Shown here: in pieces, positions 28,481 through 42,650 of the stretch
How positions within the stretch are numbered: position 1 is the first letter of the stretch
How the letters are laid out: every line of letters starts with the position of its first letter
Source: Carcharhinus amblyrhynchos
Taxonomy: Eukaryota
DNA: 64,000 nucleotides
NCBI GenBank assembly: GCA_965287045.1
Contig: OZ336881.1
Location: forward strand, 63,736,001-63,800,000
Direction: 5' to 3'
The notes under the pieces: generated by a model
What the model was told of the DNA's origin: nothing
The model's database searches: none
The model's input: the letters and a program-made list of their open reading frames with translations, nothing else
Translations under genes and position numbers: made by a program

Positions 28481-29269
28481 TGTTTACCTATGTTTTCCGA
28501 TACTTCATAGTTATGCTATCTTGTCTTCTTCAGCGGCCGACGAAGTAACGTCTGGACAACTTTTCAGTTTGATTAAATTGCCTGAAGGAAATATCGTCTC
28601 TTCAGATACATCTACAGCTAAGACCCAAAACAACCACAATCTCCAGTTTATAGTGATGCACAGCACGTATAGAAACGGAGCAACCACAATACATTTACCA
28701 CATTCTTTCCTGGTTAATTCGGATGCGGGGTGTGGGGTTGAGAGGCGGGGTAGGATGGGAGGGTCTCCATGAGGATGATAGGATTGGGGCAGGTGCTGAA
28801 GGGTTGTGTTTCAACTTTCTGTTTTCATTGTTAATCCAAGGCGCGTTGTATTAGGAACGCAAGTTTATTGTACATTTATTCCGAAGACTTGCACTTCTTC
28901 AATCGAGATTTGCTTCTCCTTGTACAATAAGAGTCACTGCAGAAGGCAGACGGCGCTTCCTTCTCTTCGCTGTGAAGGGGACTGCCTGGTATGAAGTAAC
29001 ACGCATACATAAACAGTCAATGTTACATTATTGTGCGAATCAACCCAAACCCAGCAGCTCGGCTTAAAATAACACGTTTTACTGAAGCATTCGGATTATT
29101 TCTTTTGACTTAACAATATGTATTGAGTGAATAGAGATTGCAATCCCATACTAGTTTGTGACGTTCCACAAAAACCTGTTGGAGCTAGTTAATCGTATGT
29201 TCACATGCAAAAAAAACTTCACGTCCCTACGTAGCTCATGAATATGATCTTGTCATACAGTGCACAAAA

Positions 29270-30420
29270 ACATAGCACCTCTGAAATACAGTGATAAAGC
29301 CGATAAGGATGGAGTACAATATATAACATGCAGTTGAAATGCTCAAATGCACAGGCAGCACAGAAACTTCTAAAATATATACTACGCTAACGATAACACA
29401 CATTCACAAATAAAGCATGCACAGTGGCAAGAAGGATAATGCAAGCCCAAACAAAACATGCAACCTAAATACACACACAGTAACAGATACACATACATCA
29501 AAACAGAAACAGCAAACTATCAACCATAAATATGTACAACCATAATGCAGAAACTCACAACTCAAGCACATACAAAGATCACATATCCCTCCAAAGGAGA
29601 AGAAACGTAATGCATGAATCTATACTGAGACACAGAACGCTCAAACAACACAGCTAAACCCAATAAAAAAAATCAATAACATGTAAGCGGACACACATAT
29701 GATGGACCGAGTGGTCTTTTTTCATGCTGTACGTTTCTGATAAACAATGCAAGGTGCACAAATGCAACACACAACCAAGTAAAAAATAGCATATGCAAAT
29801 AGACGCAATGAACAGGCGCAATAAGCAACTCGAAGACATACATTGACATAACACTTCAACACAAGTTGAACACTCGAATACACAGCAGTGCGCATCGACA
29901 CTAAATACAAACTGGAAGGGAAATATTAATAGAACTCTTGATGTAGATGATTGACGAATCATCCCTTACCAGAAACAACAGTGGAAACAGAATCGATAAT
30001 AGCTTTGTCAAGAGAATTGGGTATATATTTGGAAAGGAAAAGTGGGAATCAGTAAAGGGACTTTATAAAGTAATGGGACGAAATGGTTAGCTGTTTCAGA
30101 GGAAGGGCCGAATGATCTCCGCCTGTGCTTAAAATTCAGATGAGACTAACATATTGGATACATGACTACAAATAATACAAAAAAGGCAAATACAAAACCC
30201 ACATACAACAAACATGTACAATACAAAAGATGCACATGGAACACAAAGAACACAGAATGTACGAACATACATGTATCAAATATGAACAAGGCCACGCAAA
30301 ATACAACAATTTTTCACAGAAAATGTGATACAAATATCATAATGAGCCACTGCCACAGTGGATACAATTGGTCAGAGAAACATAATACATAGCCATAAGC
30401 ACACATTATATGAATAAAAC
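29270..30420. repeat. A/C-rich low-complexity region with an embedded old CR1 3' remnant (~29950-30135)
   Basis: Strong A+C skew with ACA/AAC motifs. The internal segment GAGAATTGG.TATATATTTG...GAAGGGCCGAATG..CTCC..CTGTGCT resembles a CR1 tail. Confidence 0.6.
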
Positions 30421-31029
30421 AATCATAACTCTTAACTGACTGCGTCTCGTTAAACTGTTATCACTTTTTGAGTCAACGAACCGTTAGTAATAAGATTTGT
30501 TAGTATTCCTAACAACCTACTCTATCTTTAATGCTGATCTTGAAACAGTCGCGAATCTACTTACTGAATATGGTCCAAGAACAATGCTCCTCTAAAAGTA
30601 ATTATGGGGAATATATTTTACTTCCGAATCTTTATCCTAAGGTCACTTTGGAACGAATCGCACTCGCCGCGCCATTAATGGTGTGTCAAAACCTACACAG
30701 GTATTTGGTAGCGTGGTTATACTGGGCGATTTCTGTTTCAGTGTGCCTCGCTATGGCGTGCCAGAAGCTCGCAGCTCTGAGTCCAATGGTCAAATATTGC
30801 GGAGAAGAAAGACAGCGATACTATCTGTTACAGCAGCAGAGAACCCACCACTGGCTTCACATCCAAACAAGAATCTGCACCTGAGACTAGAATCGCAGAA
30901 GTATCCGAGGCATCAGTTAGACACGACGAACATCTTCCGAAGTTCGGCACAACTTTTCGCCCCTTCGCTCTTCGTCTTTAAAGCAATGATGGCTGGGAAG
31001 GGACGCGGAGTGGGGGATGGGATCAGGAG

Positions 31030-31320
31030 CCAACACTTGTGCACTAAGTAATGTCTTATTGATTTGCATGATATGGATCTCGTAATTTTCTGGTAGCGCT
31101 TCATTAGTAGCACTAGTGGAATAGTTCATAAAACTCCCCGTCCAAGACATAACAATCGACTAGGATTTGTTAATATTGATAATCTGGACGTCTGCTAATA
31201 CAGCGACTGTTTAAAATGCTTATCCCTGATTGACTGGAGCGGCCTATTTACAAGTCCCAGACTTGGCTACTTGACTGTTGGAGGACAATATTATTTCCAT
31301 TTCCCTTGGCTGGGTATATC
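31030..31320. promoter_or_regulatory. Candidate distal enhancer
   Basis: TAATGTC (31049-55), octamer ATTTGCAT (31062-69), AACAAT, TAATCT and TGATTGAC (31227-34). Confidence 0.45.
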
Positions 31321-31894
31321 GAGAGATTTGTCCTCAGTCCCCTGTAGAGGACGCTGTCCTTAGCGCAGGCATCCGACTCCCCAGCCCACATCGCTCCCCT
31401 CCTGCCAGCCACTCCCTACTGCCCACGTCCCCCACCCCGCCCCAGCCACCGCCCCCCCACCACCACCCCCCCCCCCCCCCCCCCCGCCTCCAACCTGAAC
31501 ACCTGTGCGCCATGCCTCAGGCAGCACACGTTTGCCAGCCACCAGCCGGAATTTCTGCCAGTATAATTTGGGGCCAGCAATTATGATTAGTGCAGAAGTA
31601 ATATTGGTTCTAAGCTCACTTCAACTTATCCAGTTGAGTTTATTTTAGAAATCACACGCATTGAAAGGGTCATATTTTTGAACACAATGATGAGACGTTG
31701 AAATGACCAAAGCACGGCGCATGAATCGGCCGGGAGTTTGACCTTTTGCCCTAGGAGCCTTCAGCCGCTGTCTGACTTTAATGGAAAGTAGAAAGTTACA
31801 GGCGCAGTCGGATCATCTCCTTGTGCCTCACATTAGGATATTCAAAACCGTGATCACTTTAGTGAAGCCACTGACATATCCTCATGTCTAAATA

Positions 31895-33090
31895 CGAATA
31901 TATGAAATAGGGGGAGAAATTGGCCATTCGGCCCTCCCAGCCTGCTACATCATTCAAGAAGGTCATAGCTGATCACGTTCCCATCGATCCCCATAACCTA
32001 TGCTTACCTTGGTCAACAATAATATATCAACTTCCGCCTTAAAAAATATTCAATGACCCCGCCTCCGCTGTCTTTTGAGGCAGAGTTCCAAAGATTCACA
32101 ATCTTCTGATATAAAGAAATTTCCTTCATCCCTGTCCTAAAAGGATGTCCTTGAAGTTTAAAACGATTGCCCCCAGTTCTGGACTCACCCGCAAGAGGAA
32201 ACATCCTTTCCACGTTCACCTTCTCAAGACCGTTCACGATCTTATTTACTTCAATCAAACCACCCCTCACTCTTCCAAACCCCAGCGAAAACAAGCCCAA
32301 TCTGTCCAACTTTTCCTCATAGGAGAACCTGCTCATTCCAGGTCTCAATCTAAAGAACCACTTCTGAACTACATTACATGCATTTATAACTTTCCTTAGG
32401 TAAGGGAACAAAGCTGCACACATCTGAGATGTGAGGTGGGATTTTCAGGCCACGGTCTCCCTGAAACCGGAAAACACCCACCCGAGATCAACGGACCTTT
32501 CCATGGTCAGCCCCTTGCCCCCTACAGATGCAGTGATGGATTGAATCGGAAAATTCACCTTGCGATCTCACAAATGCCCGATATAACTGAAGCACAGCAT
32601 TCTTACTTTTATGTTCAATTCATCTCCTAATAAAGGATAACATTCCATTAACTTTCTTAATTATTTACTATTCCTGCATACTGACCTTTTGTGATTCATA
32701 CAATAGAGTAATGCCCTGCTTGACAAAATGAACAACTTTACTTTTCCCGATATTACACTCCACTTGCCACATTTTGTGCTCATCCACTCATCCTATCTCT
32801 ATCTATCTGCAACCTCCTTATGTCCTCTTTCTTTCCTATCTATCTTTGTGTCATCTGCAAATTTGGTTACCGTGCCAAAGATCAAAGATTCCCCTCATCC
32901 AACTCAGAGCTCTGTGGGTCTCCACTGCTCACATCCTGCCAATCAGAAAAGGACCCATTTATGCATACTCTGTTTTGTGCCAACCAATCAATCGTCTATC
33001 CACGCAAATATGTTACCCCCTGAACCGTGAACTTTTGTTTTCTCCAATAACCTATGATGTAGTACTTTATCAAATACCTTCTGGAAATAG
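31895..33090 (-). mobile_element. 5'-truncated, degenerate CR1 LINE
   Basis: ORF 32013-32423 (SYEEKLDRLGLFSL...RGGLIEVNKI...VNLWNS) is CR1 ORF2 C-terminus, with the 3' UTR at the left end. Confidence 0.9.
32434..32560. mobile_element. Short insertion with imperfect terminal inverted repeats inside the CR1
   Basis: AGGTGGGATTTTC...GAAAATTCACCT interrupts the CR1 GATGTG/GTCTCAC sequence, with a possible TSD TGTGA/TGCGA. Confidence 0.55.
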
Positions 33091-33119
33091 ACACGTGTAA
33101 ACAATGAACAGTGTGAATA

Positions 33120-33700
33120 TTATCAAATCTCTAACCTAAAGTGAGAGAAACTGTTAGGCTTATGAATTAAACTCTTGGTAAGTGGCAGTGAGATGGACGC
33201 GGTATTATATTCGAATAACGGCATTATAGCTGCCTATAAAGTTCTTCACATTCACTCAGGATTTAACGTTTTGGCATGGCATAAACTTGTGGTAAAATGA
33301 AGATCAATTTAGGTAGCTAAGTGATGCATGTTTTCTTTGTGATGATCTGTGTGGGCTGGCCAATTAATTCAGAAAGTAATACATCAACTTGCATGCAAAA
33401 TATTTAAGACTTTCTGAAATTTACGTTCAAGTTAAGCAGTTCACAGCTGCTGGGTTGATGAAACTTGAAGCTACCATTCAGGATGGAATCGAGTTATTGA
33501 TCCAATCTCCCTGTACAAATGTTCAATTACTTTCTATCATTCAATATTTAAGTGATAACAGTTTTATTGTAAATGTATCATCCAAGACATTTAACCACAC
33601 CGGCTCATTCCTCTCAACATGCCTTATCTAGCAGTTTGACACATTTCAGCTGGTTTGGATGACAATGCATTGTTCATACAGTCAACTTTATTTATTTCTC
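33120..33700. promoter_or_regulatory. Long candidate conserved non-coding element
   Basis: ~580 bp of unique AT-rich sequence with CAATTAATT, ATGCAAAAT, CTTTGT, CAGCTG and TTGACA motifs, between a LINE and a microsatellite. Confidence 0.4.
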
Positions 33701-33964
33701 CATTTCTGACCGCCTATCTTTCATACATATGGGATACACGGTGTTAGAGTGCATTCAAAACAATGCGAGGATTACAAAACCGAGCAACATTTCTCAAGTG
33801 TTCCCTTTAAATACCAATTACTTCAATGTTTTATTTACTTTTCACGTAACTTTAATGATGTTACGTTTTTCAGAACCAGGCTGCGCGATAACGAATCTGC
33901 CATGTGTGTTACATAGTGAAACCCATCCCCCATCCTTAACCTTCCCACTCCCACCTCTCCCTCC

Positions 33965-34390
33965 CACACACATACAATGCACACATACACAACACACACA
34001 CCACACACGCACCTACATAACACACACATATGCAACACATACATTTACAATACACACATACATAAAACACACACCACACACATACACAACACACACATAC
34101 ACAACATACACATACACAACACACAGTTGCAACACACACATATACACAACACACACGCAGAACACACACACAACACACACATACACAACACACATGCATA
34201 CACAACACACAACACATATACATAACACACACAAAATATACACAGCACACACAACACATATATATACATAACACACACAACACATACACAACACACACAC
34301 ATATATAAAACACATACGCATACTTATCACACACATACATAACACGTACAATACATAAAATATACAACATACACAACACATATACGTGCA
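33965..34390. repeat. Imperfect (CA)-rich microsatellite
   Basis: ACACACATACACA repeats; the Cys/Val and His/Thr ORFs are artefacts. Confidence 0.92.
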
Positions 34391-36769
34391 TTTTGGGAAC
34401 ATTTGCTATGGAACAGATTGTTTCACTTCATTTAATGGATGGTTGCATTGCACCCAGTAAGTCAACCTTCGATATTGCTAGCATTTCTTTATTACGGTTA
34501 TCAAAATGTTTTACGTGGACTCCTTTAAACCATAGTTCACCTGTAGTTTCTTAATGAATGATGACTACTGGCTTTTGAAGCATTGGCAAGTGCACACTCT
34601 GAGGTGGACGCTTTCAGTTCAATCTGCGGCTGATCCGGTCTATAAACTTCGCCCTGTTAATAGATCAACCATATGAGTATATATTTGGGAAAATCTTATC
34701 ATTGACGTTAGGCATGAGCCAAACAGAGCAACGCCTAACCCATTACTGAAACCGCTGAGAAGGATTCATGCCAACTGAATTTTACTTAAAAACTATATTG
34801 ACTGTTTATTTTCGAATCAATAATCTGCCCTGTGAGAACGTTGGGATACAAAACAAAAAATGGCATACACGGAGAACGATGAGCAAGAATACGGTCTATT
34901 ACCGAATGGGTAAAAATAAGTCCAAAACAAATAGCAATGTCATTCACATACTTACAAATTGATAAGTTCACCTATTTGTTATCATTTTCTCAAAAATATG
35001 CACTGGTGCGATCTGAAAAAAAATGATGCTATGTCCCCTTATTCTGCAGACAATCCAAGAAACATGTTTCCTAATAAGCTCTTGTTGAATGTGCTGGTGC
35101 ACAACAGTAGCTTAAACTGATAGGTTGCTTTTCCATGACGGATTTAAGTAACTCCATTCAGTTGGTTGCTTGAATGCTATCCTTGTTTGGAACGATGCTT
35201 TCTCTGTTTAACTATATTCTTTCATGCCTTCAAAGTATAAACATATTCACTGGTGAAAGATATACAAACACGTACACACGCACGCAAGTGAAAACGTGTC
35301 TACAGATCGTGGTTTGCTGTAATTGAAGGTCAAGCGCACACATCGTGGCTCATTCCTATAAATAGATTTTGATATTTGGAAAAGATATATTTTACTCGAT
35401 TAACTTACAGGATAATGGCACAAATACATCATTCACTGAACTTGTTATTCACGAATGAGCAACGTCTGTCGAATATCATATTCATCTTTCTCTCGGTGTG
35501 TCTGCCACAATCAATGCTGATAAGGACGTCTGAAGACTGAAAGGAGACACGGTCAATAATTTGTGAGCATCAGCACCGTGACAGGTTCAATATACACTAT
35601 TCCCCTGTTTAAAGCTACTGGCAGCTTTAAAACAACTGCATCTCTACCAACAGTTCGCTGGCGATTGCGGTGTAGAGTCGTTATTGAAATGTGTCACCTC
35701 AGATCAAATCACACTTACCATCAGTGCAGAGCTAGGGGAGCGGGAAGGGAGACTGCACGTTTAAAATGTATTTATTTGCTTATTTTTTTTCTGGGTGCTT
35801 GTTTATCGAAATCACTCGCAACGTTTCAACCTCGCGAGGCCGCCAGAACATCAAAACAAACTGTCACCAACTCTGCCTCAAAGCACAATGGCAGCATCCA
35901 AACTCAAGTCTTTAGCCACCGGAGCAGGTCCATTCACGCCGATTTTCAATCACAAATTTTAAAAAAGGAATTGCGGGTGCATTTTTGTCAGAAAACCAAG
36001 AGGTTTGGAGACCCTGTCATTGGCAGTTGTGGTTTCTGACCCTTATCTCTTTAGATTGGTGGAAGGAAACAGCACGGATAACCGCACTGGTCATAAAAGT
36101 TGCGTTTGAATGAACGAGGCAATGAAGTCATGTCTGTAAAATATATCCCCCACTCAAAGATGCTTTGCAATTGCAGTGAGGCATTTTCATTTCACAACAG
36201 TGTGTGACAACTGTGGCATTCGTCAGTGAAATGAATACAGTGTATGAAAGTAGTAGACATTGAGCATTGTACAATTATACGTTCTCAGTTATGGTTTGCA
36301 TAAATCTACTCGACTGTTACTGGATTTAAATTCAGAGTCAGTGGGAGGGGAATATGATACTTTTGATTAGTTGAATCTAATACTGTAATATACTATTATT
36401 CGATTGCTTATGTTTAATTATTTCCCCAGGACTTTATTACTTATCCACATTTAGTCCACAGCTGTCGATTAAAATTTAATATGAAATGCGGTGTAATTTG
36501 AGATGGGATTTTAACTAGTACAGAAATATATTATAATTAAACTTTGTTTCGTAAGGTCAACGCCAGTAACCCTATGTCCTGATATCAGTGGCCTAAAAGA
36601 GTCCATGATCGATACTGAAGATTTAAAATATAGATAATGTTTAACAGCTTACATCAATGTAATATAGGCATTTTGCTCTACATTAATACTCCAGACAATA
36701 TTCATTAGATAATGACTGATAACTTATATGACGTGCCCGATATTAATATGGTTTAGATTATGAGATAGA

Positions 36770-36927
36770 ATATGTTCAGGCAAGACACCCATGTTTCTAA
36801 ATCAAGGGAGATGGGAGAAAGGGGGATCAGGATATTGAATTCCTTGATCAACCATGATCAAGATGAATGGCGAAGCAGGCTCGAAGGGCCGAGTGCCCTA
36901 CTCCTGCTTCCAGTTTCTATGTTTCTA
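36770..36927 (+). mobile_element. CR1 3' end fragment
   Basis: ATCAAGGGAGATGGGAGAAAGG...GATCA.CCATGATC...GAATGGCGAAGCAGGCTCGAAGGGCCGA...CCTACTCCTGCT followed by a (TTTCTATG) tail. Confidence 0.85.
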
Positions 36928-37234
36928 CGTGTTGGCTTACAATAGCTTGATGCGTCAGGCTGAGATAGGCGTAAATTGAGCAGTAGATTTTTGATTACAT
37001 CTAAGGTCAAATTTTATTAATGCACAAAACATCCACGAGCCAATGACAGTAGGAAAACACAATAATCTTACTAGTATCATTATCAAACTCATGTGTCAAA
37101 TCTCCAACCTGCTTCATTGCCCAAGCTGCTCAGCAATGGTCACTGACTATAATGTACCTAGCAATTTACATCACACACTGCTTACTACAAGAGCAGCGTA
37201 TGATAACATCTTCAAATAAATTAAAATAATCTTA

Positions 37235-37795
37235 AATATACATGTTGCCTGAATATCGCCTATTTTGCTGAATGTTTGCAAGACGTTGTGACATATGATT
37301 AATGAATGTTGTAATATAAGTTTACTGGATGTTGTAATACATATGTTCGCAATATTTGAATATCGGGGAAGTTTAATGTAAGCCGATTTGTATCATTGAC
37401 AAAATAAACTTAACTTTTAAATATATCTTTGTTGAATGTTGTTTGGTTGCTGAAAATAGTAATACCTTACTAACTTTTCTAATAGATTGGCCAAATATTG
37501 TTATATGTTTGCCGAAAACTGTAATGCGTCTGTGGAAATTGTAGTATTCTTGTTTGTCGAATACTGTTATATATGTTTTCTGAATATTTTCCTACATATG
37601 TTCAAAGAATGCTATAATATATGTCAACTAGATGTTGTAATATATACTTCTGTGAAATACTGTGCCAAGTATGTTTGCTGAATGTTAGATACGCTGGAAC
37701 GCTAATACATGCATTTGCTGCGCATTGTTGAATTTTGTAATATATATATATTACTGAGTGTTATCACATATGTTTGCTGAATATCGTCGTGTATA
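37235..37795. repeat. Highly degenerate ~20-23-bp tandem repeat (GAATGTTGTAATATATGTTTGCT-like)
   Basis: Recurrent TGTTGTAATA, ATATGTTTGCTGAAT and GAATATTG units. Confidence 0.6.
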
Positions 37796-40010
37796 TCTCC
37801 ATTATGGTTACAGCAATTGGTTATTGGACACAGAAGATAATTTATGAGATAGGTCAATTATTCTGAATTGAATATTCACAGCTATGCTTTTATAGCTTTT
37901 AAAAAGTCATGCATGTATTTCTCCTTAGGCTTGGTAACCATTTTGACAACGTTATATATGCGTATTATTTACTTTAAAGATTTGGTAACATTCATTTGTG
38001 TCTTTCAGTTTATGTCCCCACTGTAATAACAAAGTATACAAAACTTAATGAGAATGGCCACAAATAAAGAAAACAAGAATGCTGAATACATTTTCCCCCT
38101 GCAGTGTATCAATCTTTGTACCGAGACCGTTACTCTATTAATTTCTGACCATAGGTTTTTCAGGGGAAGCATTGCTTATTTTTGAGTGACAATGAGTTAT
38201 CCCTTTAAAGTTTCAGTTTATTTTAATTCTTGCGTGACTCCAATCTATTTTGCTGTATTTTGTAACATACTTGAATGTATACTTTCCTGCGAGTTTGTTT
38301 TTAAATCCGAAGTTTTTAATTCAGTTTTGTTTTTAAGAATATAAGTTTCACCTCAGTAAAAGAACGGCGTAAGAAAAGAGACGAAGTTGTTTGGATTTTG
38401 TTTCCTGGCCACAAGAGTCAACAAAAACAAAACAAAAGGTCCTTGTGAAAAAAACGTCTTTCCTGAAGCAGATCAAAAGATTTTTTCTCATTATTTTTTG
38501 ATGCAGAAGAAGCTAATAAGGCACGCAAAGTCTTTTCAATTGTCGAATGTCTTTATTTCAGAAAAGGGATTACCGCCAGGAAACAGGGGAACAAAAGAAA
38601 AAATGGCAGAAGTTTTGGTTCCAGACTCACGAAGGCCGGAAGGTCTCGACTTTTTGACGTTATTATCGCGTTTGTACAAGACTGACTTTATATTGTGGAC
38701 TAGCCCGGGGTCCCAGACTGATTCCTGGAGTGTCACATATGTCAGAAACTCCCACAGCCCAGCCCACGCCGCAACGCTCTCACCTATATATATATTATTT
38801 TTCTTCATCGTGCGTGAGTTCAAAGTTCATCGCAGGGCTTGTCTGGCCTCACAGCTTGCTAACAGAAAAAGCAACACACCTATACAGATATAGTCAGAGA
38901 GGTTCTTTTAAAGAGTATTCAGCATACATAAATAAACTGTTCAGGAATTATGGATCGCTTAATTAATAGCCAGTGATATATTGGTTCCACAGTTACACAG
39001 CACGGACACCTGTTGAACTCTTCTTTTTTTTACACTTCAATGAAATGGAATAGAAAGTAGAAGGGCACTGTGACCGCTTCTACGGCTTGTGGTTATTCTC
39101 AAAATGCTACAATGACTAAATGAAATTATGTGATTTTTGATTCATGAATATTCATCATTAAGCTTTAATTTGAAATAGTTTAAAATGATGCAAGATATTA
39201 AATATTGTGTTGTGTAAGTGTATCTTCAATTAATATTAATGTGCAGACTTATTAAACAAGTCACAGTATTTCTAAACGTTACTTCAGATTGTGATATGTA
39301 TCGATCAATTACATATCTATCTATCTATCTATCCAAAATCTTTATAAGTTCAGAGTTTGTTAAATTAAAAATTACTCAAGAGTTTGCAAAGAGGACCAGC
39401 AATGTGTTCACGAGAATCGAACACTTAAACATTTGCCGTATATTCCATGGCTAAATTCAGTTGTTTTAAATTGTCAGTTTGTTGACTCAATGCCTGCTTT
39501 CAAAGATGCGCCTGACAATATTCATGTTTCGATCATTTCATTATTTTTCTATCAAAATCCAAAATATCTACATTATTTAATTGAATACAGTGTGCAAACA
39601 ATCAAAACAGACACCAGAAGCATTTATAGTACATGCAAACGCCTATACAAAGGCAACTCAGAAGCAATTGGAAACAACTCAAAGGGGGGACAGCATTTTC
39701 GGGTACAATGAATTTTGAAATGAAGTGTAACCAAGCATGTCAGTCTGGAAGCTTAGTTTTGCAAGAATGCAAATATACATTTAAGTATTATGCTTTCCAA
39801 ACTAGTTGTGGACAGTCAGATAGATTTAGGCTGAAATGTTTATTTTTAAATAATTAAAACGATGCAAGGACGCTTTATCTGATTGTAATATAAAATATGT
39901 ATAAAGAGCAGCTGTTTGTAACAGTCCCGTTCAGGCTCAAGCGGGACTGCTTTATTAATTTTAATGAATTAATGAGCTCCTGATGTCTGATTAAAATAAT
40001 CATTTATTGA

Positions 40011-40112
40011 TGTCTATACCCGAACAGGCGCCAGAGTGCGGCGATTTTCAGGGTAACTTCATTGCAGTGTTAATGTAAGCCTCCTTGTGACTAATAAATA
40101 AACTTTGCTTTG
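40011..40112 (+). mobile_element. Short retroposon 3' tail fragment
   Basis: CCGAACAGGCGCC.GAGTG.GGCGA...GTAACTTCATTGCAGTGTTAATGTAAGCCT.CTTGTGACTAATAAATAAACTTT. A second copy lies at 3001-3065 and the flanks share TTGATG. Confidence 0.7.
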
Positions 40113-40959
40113 ATGGTAAATCAGAACATAGGGACGATTGATTTATTCATACTCGTTCCACACAAGTTATTAGCCAGACTGCAGGTCAGTATAATGTATA
40201 ATCCGTAGTTCGCAGTTTAAACAACTTTTAAAGTTGGCTGTTAGTGAAACACTGAATATCAGCAGCAACATATTTTAGTTTTCTGGGATTTAAGAAACAA
40301 TGCACACATTGTCATGGAAAAGAGGGTTTTAAAAATGAGTTCTACTGCCTCATTACAAAGAAAAATATTTCTCAAAGGTGAGTGTAAGTGCAATGCATTT
40401 CACTAACTCTTCAACAACTTACCCTTGATGACTTAGATCTTGTTTTATATGGTCAAGTGTAAACCACGGTATCGGATGCCTCTGACTTCCCTGTATCGTT
40501 ATCTAACAAGCTTCAGAGAAACATAGCAAAGCCACAGGGCAGTTTGGAAGAGCTCGAGAGTGCGGAGAAAACTTGACCAAGTTTGATCAGTGCAAACAGT
40601 AGAATTAGTTAGCCGAAGGCCGCCCAGGAGCCGTGCGGTACATTGTGTGAACAACTGAAGCTACTGTTTTAAATGTGTGGACTGGACATTGGAAGCGTTT
40701 GGTGTAAAATGCTTTGTCCTCCCCTTCCCCGAGTGGGGGGAAAATGCTGTCTTTCATTAGCTCGAACATATTATCAATTTATTTCAGCAAGCGGTGTTGT
40801 AGTGTAAAGATAGGGTTTTCTTCACAATGTTTTCGATTTCCGCACAAAGCCGGCCCCTGCCTTCCCTGGAAATACAGTCTACACGAGGCTGGGAGAGGAA
40901 ATAAGAGAAACAAAGATATTAATGCGTCCACATAACGGGTCTAATCACAAAAGGTCGCT

Positions 40960-41400
40960 GTGTTGTGTGAAGGTGGGGTATGTTGGCAGATAAAACATTT
41001 GTGCTTTATGCACCAGAGGCCAGTCAGTCTGAGTCGTGCATGTCTAACTTGGCGTTTGTTTTTTTTTAATTAAGGGAACACATTGGTGCCTGCTATTGAT
41101 AGAAGGGGGTAAAGTGTCATGTGAAGGTAATGGGAAGTTACTGGGAAGCAGCTGGGTGGCGATGGGGTCTGGTTCAAGCTGCGGTCAGAGCGGCTGCCAT
41201 CTTTTGTTTTCCTCCTCCAGAATCCACTTCCTTCCTGCAGGGGATGTGCTCAGCCTCTTTGCAGCAACTTTGCCCGACTATGTCATCGGCCAAGCCTGGA
41301 TGTTTGTTTTCCTTGCGTGAGCTTCTGCCAAACAGGAAAACAAGCGATATTATTGCGTCATCGAGCAACATAGAACTTAATTTCAATGTAATCCATTCTT
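40960..41400. promoter_or_regulatory. Candidate distal conserved element, possibly transcribed
   Basis: GC-balanced unique block with TAATTA, CAGCTG, a YY1-like GCCATCTT and two plus-strand polypyrimidine-CAG acceptor-like sites. Confidence 0.35.
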
Positions 41401-41809
41401 TCCCTCAGTTTCATCTTCTGGTGCTGTCACGGTTAGAGGTAATTCTACCTTTGTTTTATTTTTAAACAAAGTTAGGAAGTTCAAATAGTTACTGTCCAGA
41501 CCACAGCATCCATATAAACCAAAGTTACCGCGTAACATAAATAAACTGTTGCTTCCTGTTGCTGAGCCCGCACATCTACACCGCCTCACCTGAGAAACAG
41601 CGTCTTTAACATTAACTCAATTAAACAGAATACTTCGTTGCTGGTACTTCTGCGTGGGGAATGACTCCTTCTTTTCCACCACAGAATGGTATTAGTCAGT
41701 GACAGGTCATCAGACTCTGACAGGGCCTGCAAATATGTCACAAAGGTGAAACAAGCATTACATACCAATCACTGCTTAGCAATATGTAGTCGAACTGCTC
41801 CAATCCATC

Positions 41810-42650
41810 ATTGTTTTGACATCAAACTATGACAAGATATGCTGGCATGAGTGCCAAGCAGTATGTTATCAAGTGTGACATATTGAAACACGATATTCTG
41901 TAAGAGTTTGGTCATATTCCATCAAGCATTGTAATAAATTAGGTGGAAGTTTGCAAAATAGTGTAGCTAGGAGCAAACAATAACACTGCCTCTATGTTAC
42001 AACTGAAAATATCGTTATTTAACAGTGACAGGGCATACATGTAAACTGTAGAGTGCTATGTTGTTAACGTGTGACAAATACATTGTTCAGTTGTATTGCA
42101 TCAAAGTTGACATTATTACCTAGTTGTAATATGTTCAAATGTGGCAGGTACGGTGGCATCTATACTACTTCCAGCAGTATGCCTTCAAAGCATGACAAGG
42201 GTAAGTGTATATGTTACTCAATAATTTCATAGAAGGTTGACAAGATATATTTCATTATCTAATGTTGCAGAATATGTGTATTAGCCAGCAATATGTTGCC
42301 AAGCTGTGATAGGACATAAGTATGCATTCTCTGACAATATCACAAGTATACTATAGTACACGAGTTATTATCAAGAATGCAAGATGCATGGCAAAATCTA
42401 TATTTATCTTCAGACTAACTATGATAAAGAATTATGTCACCATCAGTAATATGCCATTAAAGTGCAAAGGAACACTGCAATATTCAAAAAGAAAATCAAG
42501 AGCTACTTATGTTTTTCTAGTAATATATCATTGCAATCTGGCAGAATAGATACATTAGTATCTGATCGTATGTCACAAAGTGTGACAGGCTATAATTGTG
42601 ACTATAAATGAATATATTTTATAATAATATACCATGAAAATATATGAAGT
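41810..42650. repeat. Highly degenerate AT-rich tandem repeat (TGTTATCAAGTGTGACAAGATATA-like)
   Basis: Recurrent GTGTGACA, TGACAAG and TATGTT units. Confidence 0.45.

Noticed and set aside
35569-35590. REST/RE1-like TCAGCACCGTGACAG, and GCAGCATCGGACAGCAC at ~48424
   Set aside because: Wrong half-site spacing and mismatches in core positions.
39922-39949. 8-bp hairpin CAGTCCCG...CGGGACTG
   Set aside because: Short isolated stem, plausible by chance in 64 kb, with no supporting context.
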